DNA of 64,000 nucleotides from Callorhinchus milii (GCF_018977255.1 NW_024704743.1:59956001-60020000), one strand, 5' to 3'. Shown: positions 49,860 to 62,982, numbered from the stretch's first letter. A program made the numbers and translations. The notes: generated by a model from the sequence alone, not told the origin.

Positions 49860-51520
49860 AGCAAGATATTCTGAATGAAAGAACTCAGAAGAGAATATGG
49901 CTGTGTTCATCCGTGGACCATGGTCTTTACAGAAACAGACTGCCAAAGAAAATCACCCACTCTGGGCTGGTGATGGTATAAATGAATCATAATGTACTGT
50001 TCCAAAACTTGCAGTGCGATTGTATGCAGTATTCACCATGTTGAATGGAGTCATCATTGTTGCCATCAGTTAGTTTAAGACATAGAAACAACATCTACAT
50101 TTCTGAATAAGAGACCAAGGGATTTTGTGATATGTTATTCCAAGTTTTAGAAAAATGGTTCACAAAATAAGATTTTGTACTTTATTGTATTTTAAAATAT
50201 GAGACTGATGTATAATCCAAAATTCAGATCTCACCTTAAAGAAAAAATGAACTATAATTACTATCATTGACGAATACAGTATCTACTTGATCAAAGGTTT
50301 GTTTGCACCAATTCTTTCCTGCCCCTCCTAAAGGTGTTTGCTTCTGTTTTTATTTGCTTCTATGTGTGCAGTTCCATCTTGGTACCTTGACCTTTTTTCA
50401 TGTACGACCCATTACATTGATAGTGTCCAGAGGCAAACGACTGCAGGGTGTTCTCACTCAATACTCGGGGTTATGATATATTGCAAATTAGGAATGTTAT
50501 CAACTTGACTTTTACACTGTGCTTACAATCCAGTTTTCAATTCAATTGTATAAATGGCACTGTAAAGTAGAAAGGCTGGATTCTTTTGCTTAACTGCTTA
50601 ACATTAAAATATTTTGGATGGTGTTTTGGTAGAAAAATTATGGTGATCTTTATGCTGTTGTGGAAATTGAGCCTTATTTGTGATGCATTTGCAAATACGG
50701 TTTGTACACAGTGGAATGCAGAATTTAGAAACTGTTACATCAATATATTTGGACCCGATCTAATTATCATGATGCAGTTGGACTGCTTTGATATATAAAA
50801 ACTTTAATTAACATTTGGCATAATTATGACAGTAAAGTGATTTTAGTACTGGGGGTTAATCAATGCAGTTTAAAATATTAAGTATTCAAATTTTGTTTGA
50901 ATATTAAATCACAACTAGCAATATTTAACCCTTCAACAATAGTACTTGCATTTCATATTGATGCAATACGAAATTCACTAAATTTACTGAGGAGTCATGA
51001 TGTGACATCTGTGGTTGTGAGTTTTTTTTTAAATAGTACATCAAGTGCTCAGTTATTATGTTGACTGCAGTCCAATACTTTTATGTATAGGGATGTAGCA
51101 AAATTGTTTTTGGAATTTCTATCTAAAGCAGTGTATTAATTTTCAATGTGATGATTAAAATTCCAGTTAATTTTGATCAATAACATTTGTTTTTGTTACA
51201 ATTGTATCCATTGTTTTATGAATACAGTACCTTGTGATCCCAATCCAGATATATCTTTGCTGCTAACTAAATTATATTGGATTCATTTGAAAGAAAGTGG
51301 AAGGAGCATCACTAACCAGTTTTTGCATCAGTCATACATTCCTTCTTTGATATAATGACTCTTCTTGAACTGTTTTTATATTTCCAGTTGCCTTGGTTCT
51401 CTTCCTGCTCTATTTATTGGCCAAAAGCTGGTCGTCATACAATGTAGTCTTCTACAGATGAATAGCAAGGCTTCTGATGCATGAATGGAAAAAGCCCTGA
51501 CACATGTCTTCTATAATAAA
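49860..51520 (+). other. Probable AU-rich PDK4 3' UTR (end uncertain)
   Basis: Repeat-poor AT-rich stretch after the stop, with ATTAAA near 51154 and AATAAA at 51515-51520. Confidence 0.4.
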
Positions 51521-51549
51521 AAAATAATAATTATCCTTGCATTTGGTAC

Positions 51550-52240
51550 AGTTCCTCCAATTCTTCTGATCTCTTCCCAAAAACGTTCATAAAATTATTT
51601 TGGCCAACTATCTGTCTACGGAGTCTTAGCCTTCCTTAGGATTTTAATGCCTCTTCAATTTCTTCTCTTTTTATTGCCTCATCCATTTCTCTACTATCCT
51701 CAGTTATGATTGTTCTCTCCAATTTATCCACCAAACCCTCCAAACTATTATATCCTCATTTTGACTCATAACTTTCCAAAATAATCTCTTGCATAATTGA
51801 AAACCTCTTTCTTCCTCTTATCCTTGTTCTCCATCGTTCAGTTTATTCAATATTCCCTTTCCATTTCGCCTTTCTGAAGAAATAGCTTCTATACTTTCAT
51901 TTATTATTGTGTTCTAGCATGTGACATTATTTTCTTTTGTTGTTTCCCCAATTCTTCTTGCATCTGCTTCTGCACTTTTGCAATTTCTGACACCACATCC
52001 ATATCTTCTGATGCTTATATATGTTTTGCAATTTTTTTCCCATCTATCATATCTCTCTTTTTCTCTTGCTTTACTCCTTCCTGCTCCAATAAAATATCTC
52101 TCCTTTGCCATTTCCCACCATCCATTTCTACTTTCATAAAATATCTTTAAAGACTTCTGTTCCTCTAATCTTTGCCTATATAATTCTCTTGATTTCTCAT
52201 CCTGCATTAACCCTCTGTTTAACTTCCAGTACTCTTTCCC
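51550..52240 (-). mobile_element. Decayed non-LTR ORF2 fragment (endonuclease-RT linker), different from the L2-like family
   Basis: Purine-rich minus strand with K/E/R-rich translation, including an EEIEEALKS-like segment. Confidence 0.35.
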
Positions 52241-53747
52241 TAGTGTAGCCTCTTCGAGAGTTCCACGATCCGAAGAGAACTCAGCATTGATAATTAACAG
52301 CTGATTGTGCCACTGAGAGTTAGCAACTGACTCCTGGTGAGCAAGTAGATTATTGCCATCTTTAAGAGTGATCAGCTGACAACTATTACTTTTTTACCAA
52401 ATAGACCACCAAGGAACAAAAGGCTGACCAGTGGCCCAGGTTTCCAGGATGCGTGCAATTATAACTTGTAACTGATGGAGCAACTTCCAAGCTTAATATT
52501 GTTTTTTATATGAGGCAACAGGAGGAGCAAAAACTAGCAGCAACAAGCTGACGAGAATTATCTTTCCATCAATCAGGCCACCAAGGTCTAAAGGGCCAAT
52601 CAGTATACAAAGCAAGATAGAGGGCACCAAAGTAGCTGAACTAATGTTACATTAACCATTGTAATTTGACAAAGTGTACCCGAAATAGTTAGGTTGAATA
52701 TTATATGTATACATGAAAAGCTAATGCCAAATTATGCACATAATTGTGGATTATACAGTTTGTAACATTCTCGGAAGAAGTTTATGGATTCAAGCTCCAT
52801 GTTTCAATTGGAGGCTCATAGGCTGACACTCCCAATGCAATTTCATTGGGGAAAAGTTGCTTTGTTGGAGATCTTTAATCAGAGATTGATCCGAGGTGGT
52901 GTATGGCAATGTATGGCTATATTGATCGTGTACTGAGAGAGGAGCAAAGGATGGCTCAGGTAGACATTAAAGATCCCACAAGACTATTTCAAAAAGAGAA
53001 GGGAGTTTCTCTGGTGTCCTGGGCAATGATCATCCAGATAAATTGCTTACTCAGTTTATGATTGTTTGTGGGACTTTGCTGTCTGCTGATGGATCTTCTG
53101 CTAGACTGTAACCTATTTCAAGTGGAAAGGAAGGAGCCTACAAGGTAGATGATCCTTTCCCTAATGTCTGACAAGCTAGATAATATCATGGTTATAGCAC
53201 CATATTACTTTTCTAAAGTAATACTGTCTTTGTGCTTTTTTGAGCCATACCTTTTTTCGCAATGAGGCATTTCGCAGGTGGTCAACACTTCAACCTGCAC
53301 TGTCGTGCAAGTCCTGAGAAAAAAAAACGGGTATATGCAAGCAATCCAGGGAAAAAATCCAAACCAATTACCAACACAGGGGTTAAATGAGAGTTCAAAA
53401 CTTAAAATACGTGGAGCACATCTGGACTAATCAGCATTAAAGTATGGGGTAAGTTACTACTTAAAACCATGTTTTTAAATTGTTCCTTAGATTGAGATCA
53501 ATATGCATTAATAAAGGATATTGTCACAAGATCTATCAAACAGACCATTGCTATGAGAAAATGAAAGCACGAAACATTAATATTAATTAGAAAACCGGGC
53601 CACATTGAGAGCTAGCAAAACTGTCCAACTAAAGAAAAGCAGAAATAAAAGCTGACGAAAGCTTGGTTAATGGCCATGGTCACAGCAACAGGACACAGCA
53701 GGCTTAAGTTCAGAGGCGTGAAGATTACATAGCTTAAATTTGTGTGT

Positions 53748-54190
53748 CAGCTTGGCTCAATGGTAGTACTCTCACCTCTTGAGTCAGAAGGTTGTGGATT
53801 TAAGTCCCATGTTGGGACTTGGAATTCACAATCTACGATGATATTCCAAAGCAGTGCTGTGGCTGTGTTGCATTGCCAGAGATCCCATCCTTTCAATGAG
53901 ACGTTAAACTGAGGTCCCGTCTGCCTATTCAGGTGGATGTTAAAGATCACATAGCACTGTTCAAAAAGAGAAGGATGTTTCTCCCGGTATCCAGGCCAAC
54001 AATCTCCCAAAATAAACAATTGATCACTTGCTCCATGGCTGTTTGTGGGACATTGCTTTGCACAATTGTACTGCCATATTTGTCAATGAATACACAATTG
54101 CTCCATTTCACAGTAAATCCTGTGAAGTACTTAATGAGAAGTCCTTCCGACTTGATAAGGTGCATTACCAAATGCACAGATTATTATTTG
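53748..54190 (+). mobile_element. SacSINE1-like Deu-domain SINE, near full length
   Basis: ttggctcaatggtagtactctcacctcttgagtcagaaggttgtgg head and gagacgttaaactgaggtcccgtctgcc core. Confidence 0.8.
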
Positions 54191-54539
54191 TATTAATCCT
54201 CTTCTCTCGGAGGGGAAAAGTGTCTGATGACCTGGGTCAATAGAAAAGTATGGACATATTTTCAGAAAGTTGCGGAGCACTTTACGAATCTTGCGGGAAA
54301 CTGCGGAGGGCTTTGGTAAATTGTGCATGGGGATTGCGGGAGTTAAGTGGTGCTATTGAGGTATATTTTTTCACTTTATTGATAAAAACTAAACATAAGG
54401 AAACACATATTAGATTGTGGCAAAAAAAATATTAATTGCTTCTTTAACAAAAACTGGGTGACCATTTTTTTTGAGGGGTGAGGGGGGACACCAGTGAGGC
54501 TAGAAGAGCTCACCACCTCCTGCCTCTCAGGGCCAGCAC

Positions 54540-54845
54540 CACACACGTGACACAGAGAGATACACACTCACTCAGACACACAGAGTGACACGCACTCAGA
54601 CACAGCGAGACACACACTCAGACACACAGAGAAACACGCACTCAGACACAGAGAGACACACACTGACAGACAGACACACGCACTCATAGATACAGAGAGA
54701 CACACACAGACACAGAGAGACACACATCTCAGACACATAGAGACACACACACTCAGACACACAGAGACACACACTCAGACACACACATACACAGAGAGAC
54801 ACACAGTCAAACATACTCAGAGACACAGAGAGAGACACACACATT
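54540..54845. repeat. Degenerate CA/GA microsatellite
   Basis: Units such as cactcagacacacagagacacac. Confidence 0.9.
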
Positions 54846-54846
54846 C

Positions 54847-55720
54847 ACAACAACAAAATTACATTTGTGTAGCACCTTTCACTTTGGGGGGATGTTCCAA
54901 GGTACTGGACAGTCAGTTTTTTGGATCCGAGCTGGGGGTCACGATTGCCGAGGGTGGAGGGCAGGGGGTGGGGAAGCAAGGAGATCGAAACATAGTTGTA
55001 GAGGAGGGTCTTGAAATGGATCTTGAAGGTGGCAAGGGAGGGGGCGAGGTGGAGGGACTGGAGGATGGAGTTCCAGAGGGTGGGTGCAGAGTGGCAGAAG
55101 GGCCACCTGGCAATGGTGGAGCGGGCGAGGCGGGGGACGTGAAACAGGCCAGAGCACGCTGAGCGGAGGGATGGTAGAGATTAGGCGGTCGCAGAAGTAG
55201 GGGGGAGCAAGACCATGGAGGGCTTTGAAGGTGAGGACCAGCATCTTGAACTGTATCCTCTGTGTGATGGGAAGCTAGTTGAGTTGGGTGAGGAGGGGGG
55301 TGATAGGGTCACGGAGTCTGGTGTGAGAGATGACACATGGCTGCAGAGTTCTGGATGATCTGCTGCCTGTGGAAGGAGAAGTTGGGGAGGCTGACAAGCA
55401 AGGAATTTGCATAGTGAAGCCTGTTATTAATGCATGAATGAGGGTTTCGGCGGCCTGAGGGATGAGATAGTGCAATGTTGCAGAGGTGCGGGAAGGCAGA
55501 GCGGGTCATGGTACAGATGTTGGGTAGAAAGGATAGTTGAGGGTCAAACAACATGCCAAGGTTCTGGACTGGCTTAGTAAGGTGGATTGTGCATCCATGG
55601 ATGGTGATGCTGTCAGCGCCTGAGGTGTGGAGTATGGAAACTTGCCCAAGGTTTCACCCTACTGGGAATTGAACCCAGGTCTCTTGCTTGCGAAGCGAGT
55701 GCTCTAACCACTGAGCCAGA
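54847..55720 (-). mobile_element. Chimeric element: tRNA-Ala SINE head joined to an L2-like LINE 3' body
   Basis: LINE sequence to 55632 runs directly into SINE-head sequence through a shared GTGTGGAG (55625-55632). Confidence 0.75.
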
Positions 55721-57469
55721 GTGGTATAACATGATATATGCCAAAGCAATGATTGACACAGTATTCTACTATGTCTTATGTTCTGAATTTTTTCACACAA
55801 ATTAATTGAGGTTCTAGGATATATTAAACAAATTTTAATATTCAACATTCAAACATATTACAGCATCAGTAAAATAATAGAGGTTTGCTGCCATCTGCAG
55901 CATAGAATGGAAAATTCAGCATATAAAAAGTCTCATCCAATGAATCCTCATCTCAGTCTTTCAGCAAACTTTGCGTTCCTCCAAAAAGTTAGTTCAAGAC
56001 TTGTGTTTTTCGTTCAAACTTTTTGTGGTTTATGTTTGCTGATGTTGGATAAAGCGCGTTTGAATTTACCAAGTTTTTTTTAGGTCAGCCGGGTGTTTGA
56101 CTCATGCGGAAACCCATCACCATGCTCAAGGGTATCAAAATCAAACTGAGAATTCCATGTATCCCACCTACACATGCAAATTCTAGAGACAGAACTTGCA
56201 TGTGTTGGTGGGATGCATCTACATGTTACTTCGGAGGGAAAATGGGCATCATTTTAATAATTATTTTAATAATCCTTTAAAAAAAATACTAATTTGGTCA
56301 CTCCATCCACAACTGTTTGTGGAACACTGCTGTGCACAATGCACTGCCGGATTTCGTCCACAAAATATACAATTAATTCACTTTACAGTGTATTCTGTGA
56401 AGCTCTTTGAGACTTCTCAAAGGCGTGATAAAGCGTTATATCAAATGCAAGGATTATTATTACATTTAAATTCAGCCATTTAAGGACACAAGTCTTCATA
56501 ATTCAATCCATGACTGATCGTGGGACACTGTTGTGCGCAACTGGCCCATAAAATACAGTCAATCCAATTTACAATATATTCTGTGAAGCACTTTAAGCCA
56601 TCTCAAAGACGTGATAAGGTGCTATATCAAATGGAAAGGCTTATAGGAGCTGGATGGAAGAATTCTCGCTCCCCCTCCCTCCCCCCGCCCAGCCCCCGGG
56701 ATGTTGCTGTTGGTACATCCAGAGCCTGGAAATCCACCTTGGTTGGTTTGCAAAGAGGTAAGCAGCTGTTGCTTAAACTCCGCACCTCCAACTGGTGGAA
56801 CCATTGGCCAATGGAAAGGGACATGTGCCCGAGCTACAGACAGAAAGATGGTGGGAATGCTCTCACTCATTTCATGGAAGCTTGCCGGGAGTACCTACCA
56901 TCCACCTAGTGAGGGCTCAAACCCCCGCTTGGTGGATGACAAATGACCAACTAGTGATTATCTTCTTTTTGGCGAAAGGCAAGTGGGATCTACTTGGAGC
57001 TGAACTAGCTCCAAGGTGACATGCTTGGCAATAGGATGTCGGAATCGAGTCAGCCCTCTGTGGCAGTCTCAACAGGCTGGTTCCTGAGCCTGGTGGGTCC
57101 GCAGTTCTCCAGGGTACCTCTGGTGACAACACAGTCAACCTGGCTCATTGACTTGGAAGGGCAGAACCAGTCGCTCAGGTCAATTGGATAGTACTTTCTG
57201 AAGTTAGGTAAGCAGGATGCATCCCTCCAGAAAGAGAGTGTGCATTCCATTCCAACAATCTATCTCTGGGATTTCCACGTGTAGGTGGGATACATTGGAA
57301 TTTTCAGTTTGGTTTGGATACTCTTAAGCATAGTAATGGGTTTCCACATGTGCCCTACACCCGGCTGATCAAAATAAAAATTCCTCTTCCCATGTCCTTT
57401 GGCTCCCACCCATAGTTTAAGTGCTAAGCCAGGATTGTCGAGCACCTTGGGACTTCATCCCGATGAGAA

Positions 57470-58283
57470 ACAACAACAACACGATTCCATTTATAGAGCG
57501 CCTTTCACGTCGGGAGGACGTCCCAAGACGCTGGACAGTTGGGTCAGGACCCGAGCAGGGGCAAATGGTCAGGGTGAGGGGAGGGAAGGGAGGGAGCGAG
57601 GAGAGGGTAGAGAGTTGAGAGGGGAGCTGAAGGCACGGTCAAAGAGAAAGGTCTTGAGACTGGCCTTGAAGGAGGAAAGGGAGGAGGCGGCGAAGGCACT
57701 GGGGGATGGAGTTCCAGAGCCTAGGGCCTGAGAGGCTGAAGGCCCGGCCACCGATGGTTGGGCAGTTGGGGCGGGGGATGTGGAGCAGACGGAGCCAGAG
57801 GAACGGAGGATACGGGCAGGTAAGTAGGGGGTAGTAGGTCGGAGAGGTAGGAGGGAGCGAGGCCGTGAATGGCCTTGTAGATGAGGATGAGGATCTTGAA
57901 ATCGATCCTCTGGGGGATGGGGAGCCGGTGGAGGGGAGCGAGGGTGGGAGTGATGTGGTCCCGAAGCCTGGTGCGGGACAGTACACGAGCTGCAGAGTTC
58001 TGAATGACCTGCAGCTTGTGGAGGGAGGTGCCGGGAAGGCGGCGAGGAGAGGGTTCCCATAGTCCAGCCTTGAGATGATAAAGGCGTGGACCAGAGTTTC
58101 AGCAGCGTGAGGGGTGAGGTAGTGCCGTAGTCTGGCGATATTCCGGAGGTGATGGAAGGCTGTGCCAGTTGTGGCGCGGATATGAGGAAGAAAGGACAGC
58201 TCAGGGTCGAACAGAACACCGAGGTTCCTGACTGGCTTTGAGAGGTGGAGAGTGCAGCCTTGGATGCTGATGCTGTCAGCGCC
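57470..58283 (-). mobile_element. Young 5'-truncated L2-like LINE with TGAGAA duplication
   Basis: Highly similar to 20157-21057; TGAGAA at 57464-57469 and 58284-58289. Confidence 0.88.
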
Positions 58284-58839
58284 TGAGAAGGATGCTATAT
58301 AAACGTAAATTTGTATTTTAATATTCACCCACAATACCCACAGCATTTATAACAGAATATATGTTTGCACAGTCTACCGAAGCATCAGTAATGATATCTC
58401 CACTAAATTCTGCTGATTTGGCAATATAGTTCAGAATCCTGTTAACCCTTATTTATTGCTGTTTCACAGTATTTGGACATGGTGAGTAACCAGTTAAATA
58501 AACACTCCAAGGTTTCTTAATATCTCCCTTGGTTCAACCCTATCCATGGAGAACATGCATATCTTATATTTATTTCCTACAAATAGTATCTTGGGATTTA
58601 TTTGAAGAAATTTGCCAGTGATCGCCCAGATTGATTACAGAATTGTGTGGCGCTGCCAGGATAAGGATTAAACTATAATTGATGGACACCAATCAGTATA
58701 TTTTAAGCAACAGCAGTGGTGGATTGGCTACTCAGAAAATTTCCCGGAGCACTCTGTGATCGGCTCCAGAGCACGTCGTGATTTGCTCTGGAACGTCATA
58801 TGACTGACTCCCCTATGAATGTATGCCCTAAAGAAGAGG

Positions 58840-59110
58840 GCATAAGTTGATCATCATAAGAAGAAAAATTGGAAAGTAAAACTATTGACCTAGAGGGTTG
58901 TTAGAATGTGGAATGCTTTATCATAAAGGACTGCTAAAGCAGAGTTTATTACAGGAATTAAAGGCCAATTGGATAAATACTCGCAGAATAATAATGTTAC
59001 TGGATACCTAGAAAACAGGGGACTGGGATAAGAGTATATGGTTCCATTGAAGGAAGATTGTATCAGCACAGACATAATTAGTCAAATAGTGTAAAAGTTC
59101 TATGGCTGTA
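58840..59110 (+). mobile_element. CR1-like 3' remnant (similar decayed pieces near 28130-28460, 45530-45760 and 59800-60410)
   Basis: agagggttgttagaatgtggaatgc...ttggataaatac pattern typical of CR1 3' ends; the 28400 piece has a decayed YLDF-KAFD. Confidence 0.5.
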
Positions 59111-59159
59111 TGAAATTCAATAAACACACTTAACGTGATTAACACTGAAATTGTGCTGT

Positions 59160-59348
59160 TCAATAAATTTGACCTACTGCCTCTAACAGAATATATTGTT
59201 TAAGGCGGCGTGGTAGACATAGCTTAGGCACTGCATTGTAGCACCTTTTCTTTAATATTGCCCGAATGGCACATCTTGTTAGGTGCAGCAGGGAGCGAGG
59301 TGATCTTCCACAGACATCAAACAGAGATTCATAAAAATCCCAATGTTG
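59160..59348 (-). CDS. ASB4: Ankyrin repeat and SOCS box protein 4, last coding exon (189 nt, SOCS box)
   Basis: cag|QHWDFYESLFDVCGRSPRSLLHLTRCAIRAILKKRCYNAVPKLCLPRRLKQYILLEAVGQIY*. Confidence 0.9.
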   Translation of the reverse strand, partial: QHWDFYESLFDVCGRSPRSLLHLTRCAIRAILKKRCYNAVPKLCLPRRLKQYILLEAVGQIY

Positions 59349-60583
59349 CTGCAAAGGCAAATAAATATCATCATTAATTTGTGATCTCTGCAATGGTAAA
59401 GTAAAAACTGATTCACTTAAATATTCATTGCTCAAAGTACATTTTTAGTAAGTAAATTCACAACAAGCAGAATTTTAGACATTTCATAAACTCATAATAG
59501 TTTATTTTAAATCACCTTCATATAGCTGAAATGCCAAAACCATAATCTCAGACATCTAAACAAATATTACCCTGTTATTTAATCAAAGGACATTTATAGA
59601 TATCAACAAAGGCTGGTGGCAGACATTGGGTAAAACAGTAATAAAATCTGGAGATAAGTTGATTAACTAGTGTTTAATTTTATCGGTCACTTTAAATAAT
59701 TTAATAAAGTATAACAATTCTGACTTGCCATATTTAATAGGCTGCAAAAACACATTTTCAGATATTCTGGGATGGTGCAATAAGCATTAGGGATAAAAGC
59801 TAAATGGTAAATGCACATAATACATAGCAAAGAAACAGCTGGTGCTGCCGGTTAATAATTCTTAGAAATCTTTAGCATTGAGTATCAGTGGCAAGAAACA
59901 AAACTCAGATTATTTGCAGCTTGAAGGGTTAGAGCACAACCACAACAAAATTGTCCTGATGTGTCTTTCACGACAGGAGGACATCATAAATCATGGGACA
60001 TAATCAATAAACATCAGTATGCTCTCAATTGGAATATTGTGAATGTTTTTCGGGTTCATACTACAATAAAAACATTCTTGGACATCTGAACTATGAGGAG
60101 AGATCTCAGAAGATGGAGATTTTTACATTAGAGAAGAAACAATTGATGGATTATCTTAGCGATATATTCTGTATTCTGAAGGGTGTGGACAAACTGAACT
60201 TTAATATGATCCAGAAAGCCACAAGAAGAGCTCAGAGTCTCAAATACAGAACGGCAAGGGTGAATAAACAGGCAGTTAAAAGAGTATTGGATTTTTTTTA
60301 TTAAGCAAAAGGGATTGGAAATCAGACAGGGAGAGATGTTTCTTTGAAAATGAGATGAGGCTGACAGACTGTAATGATCTCCTTTGATCCTTTAGATTCC
60401 TATGTTCTTAAAACGACTTAAAAACAAAATTAATTAATATTAAACACCACGTCATATACCACATTGAATTCACACACAATAGCAAGAATGATTATAAAGA
60501 AGACCTTTATTTGGTTACCAATATGTTTTAGGATCATTATGTTCTTTTAGAGATAGAAGGAATAACAAGTCCTAGAGAATTAC

Positions 60584-60697
60584 CTCCAAGACATCATCTG
60601 GGATTGCTTTTCTCCACTTCGAGTTGGATTCAATATATTCATATGAATTGACCATAACTTCAACAGCCTTTGGATAGGAACAACATGATTGCAGTAC
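60584..60697 (-). CDS. ASB4: ASB4 penultimate coding exon (114 nt)
   Basis: tag|[38 protein letters not shown]|gtaat. Confidence 0.9.
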
Positions 60698-60886
60698 CTA
60701 AGTTGAAAATGAATACACAAAAGAATATTTTACTACTAAGCTTTTTCTGTGTAATTTAATGAAGCATGAAACAAAGACAATGAAAGTTGTGATTGTTCAA
60801 ATTATTGTTTTGATCTTTGTACAAGATTAGTTTATGGTTCTCATATGCTGAATATGTATATAGCTTTGTGGATATATCAAATACTG

Positions 60887-61606
60887 TAGCAAGAATGACT
60901 ATAAAGAAGTGCATTATGTACCTATATGTTGTAGGATTATTCTAAGCATTTATTTTCTCCCCTTATGGTGGATTTAATATATATATGTGAATTGACTACA
61001 ACAACAACAAGATTACATTTGTACAGTGCTTTTCACGTCGGGAGAACGTCCCAAGGTGCTGGACAGTGTACAATATTTCAGACTCAAGCTGGGGTCAGGG
61101 GGGAGAAGGGAGGGGAGGGGAAGGGGGGTGGCCGATGGTATGGTCGAAGAGGAGGGTTTTGAGGCGGGACTTGAAGGAGGCTAAGGAGGGGGTGAGGCGG
61201 AGTGAATGGGGGATGGTTCCAGAAGTTGGGGGCAGAGTGGCTGAAGGCTCTCCTGACAATGATGGGTCGGGTGGGTCAAGGGACGTGGAGCAGGCCGGAG
61301 CTGGCTGAGCGGTGAGAGCGGACGGGTTGGTAGGGGGTTAGGAGGTTACAGAGATAGGGTGGGGTGAGGCCATTGAAGATTTTGTAGGTGAGGACCAGGA
61401 TTTTGAACTCGGTCCTCTGAAGGATAGGGAGCCAAAGAAGTCGGGAGAGAATGGGGGAGATGGGGTCACAGAGTTTGGTGCAGGAGAGGACACGGGCTGC
61501 AGAGTTCTGGATTATCTGCAGCTTGTGGAGGGAGTAGTTGGGAAGGCCGACAAGCAGACTACAATTTCAACAGCCATTGGACAGTAATGACATGATTACA
61601 ATACCT
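60887..61606 (-). pseudogene. Duplicated ASB4 pseudo-exon with flanking intron, split by a LINE
   Basis: 61557-61604 and 60953-61001 match exon 60584-60697; there is an in-frame TAA at codon 3; 60887-60945 matches intron 60480-60540. Confidence 0.75.
61002..61556 (-). mobile_element. L2-like LINE 3' fragment with GACTACAA target-site duplication
   Basis: GACTACAA at 60994-61001 and 61557-61564. Confidence 0.85.
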
Positions 61607-61835
61607 AAGAACATATTGATATAATACCTCAACCTGATCCTAGAGTATTAAGAACATCATGGGAAAGGTTTGGAGGAATAAGGCCAATTGGATCACTTTC
61701 TGTAGCACTCACCTCCAATTGCAGAATCAAACTATTTTTAAAAATAAACCAGTTAAAGCTGTCTGGCCACAGATTCTGTGACCTGCAGCCTGTCATCATG
61801 TGCAAGCTCTCTTCAAAGTGCACAAACCTGCTATG

Positions 61836-62197
61836 GAGTCTTGTAGCTTAATGGTTAGAGCACTCATCTCGCAAGCGAGAGACCTGGGTTTGATTCCTGG
61901 CAAGGCAAAACTTTGGACAAGTTTCCTTACTCCACAGGCCTCTGTTTACCTAGCAGTACATAGGAACCCAGTTGTTAGTCAATTGGTGGATCGCTGTTCT
62001 GGGGGTAATAAACCCTTAAAAAAAGGTCACTCATTCCACAACTGTTTGTGGGACACTGCTGTGTGCAATTGGCTACCGCATTTCACCCACAAAATATACA
62101 GTCAATTCATTTTACAGTATATTCTGTGAAGCGCTTTGAGACGTCTCAAAGATGTGATAAAGTGCTATATCAAATACAAGGATTGTTATTATTATTA
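61836..62197 (+). mobile_element. tRNA-Ala-headed SINE (longer variant)
   Basis: ggagtcttgtagcttaatggttagagcactc head and (tta)n tail. Confidence 0.8.
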
Positions 62198-62491
62198 CTA
62201 GGCCTGGGTACAGTGAGAGGGTAGGAAACCATGAATAAGAGCAGGTGGTATAGAGTTGAAGCCGAAGACCATTTGCAACTCCAGCCACCCACACCCCTGG
62301 GCTTATTGGAGATAGTGACTCTCATATGTCTCTTCCAGGGATGCACCAAGGTCTTCCTCCTCATCTACTCATAAGCCATGGCTGTCCCTGTGCATTCAGT
62401 ATCTACACTGGTGCTACAAAAACAACAACTTGCACATATATAGCCCCCTCCATGCAGGATAGTGCCTCAGAGCGCTCATAAACTACACTAC

Positions 62492-62982
62492 CTTATGAAA
62501 ATGTGGAGGGAAAATTCTTGCAGCTCCATGGTTCAACAACAGCTGATAGCAGATCTCTGGTCGTGCCGCAGGACGAACAGGTGTAACTTTCAGAAGGTAT
62601 TGAAGAGGAGCACAGCCATTAACATCCATACGTTGAACCTCACCACCTGCTTCCAACAGCATTTGTATCAGCAAGTCATCACTATTCCACGCAGCCTTAT
62701 GAAGCGGGCTCTTGTAATCCTCATCTCGAGCATTTACACATGCTCCATGGTCTAACAGCATCCTACACACCAGATGATGGTCTGTGCTGTATACCTGATC
62801 TTTCATGTTAAGGGCCCAGTAAATCGCAGTAATAAGAGGTGTTTCCAAATAAATGTTAAGACTGTCCACAGCTGCTCCCTGCTTGATATAAAGTTCCACA
62901 AGCTCAGGTATGCCAAAGCGTGCAGCTACGTGAAGTGGAGTAGCTTCAAAGTCATCTTTACTATGCAGGTTAACTTTTGCAC
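62492..62982 (-). CDS. ASB4: ASB4 large ankyrin-repeat exon (491 nt); upstream exons lie beyond the window
   Basis: cag|(G)[23 protein letters not shown]...SPLHKAAWN...FPPHFHK|gtagt; splices in frame with the next two exons. Confidence 0.9.

Noticed and set aside
56075..57380. DNA transposon with long terminal inverted repeats
   Set aside because: The same sequence occurs as solo copies elsewhere, the two arms differ in extent, and no TSD was seen. Independent insertions are the simpler explanation.
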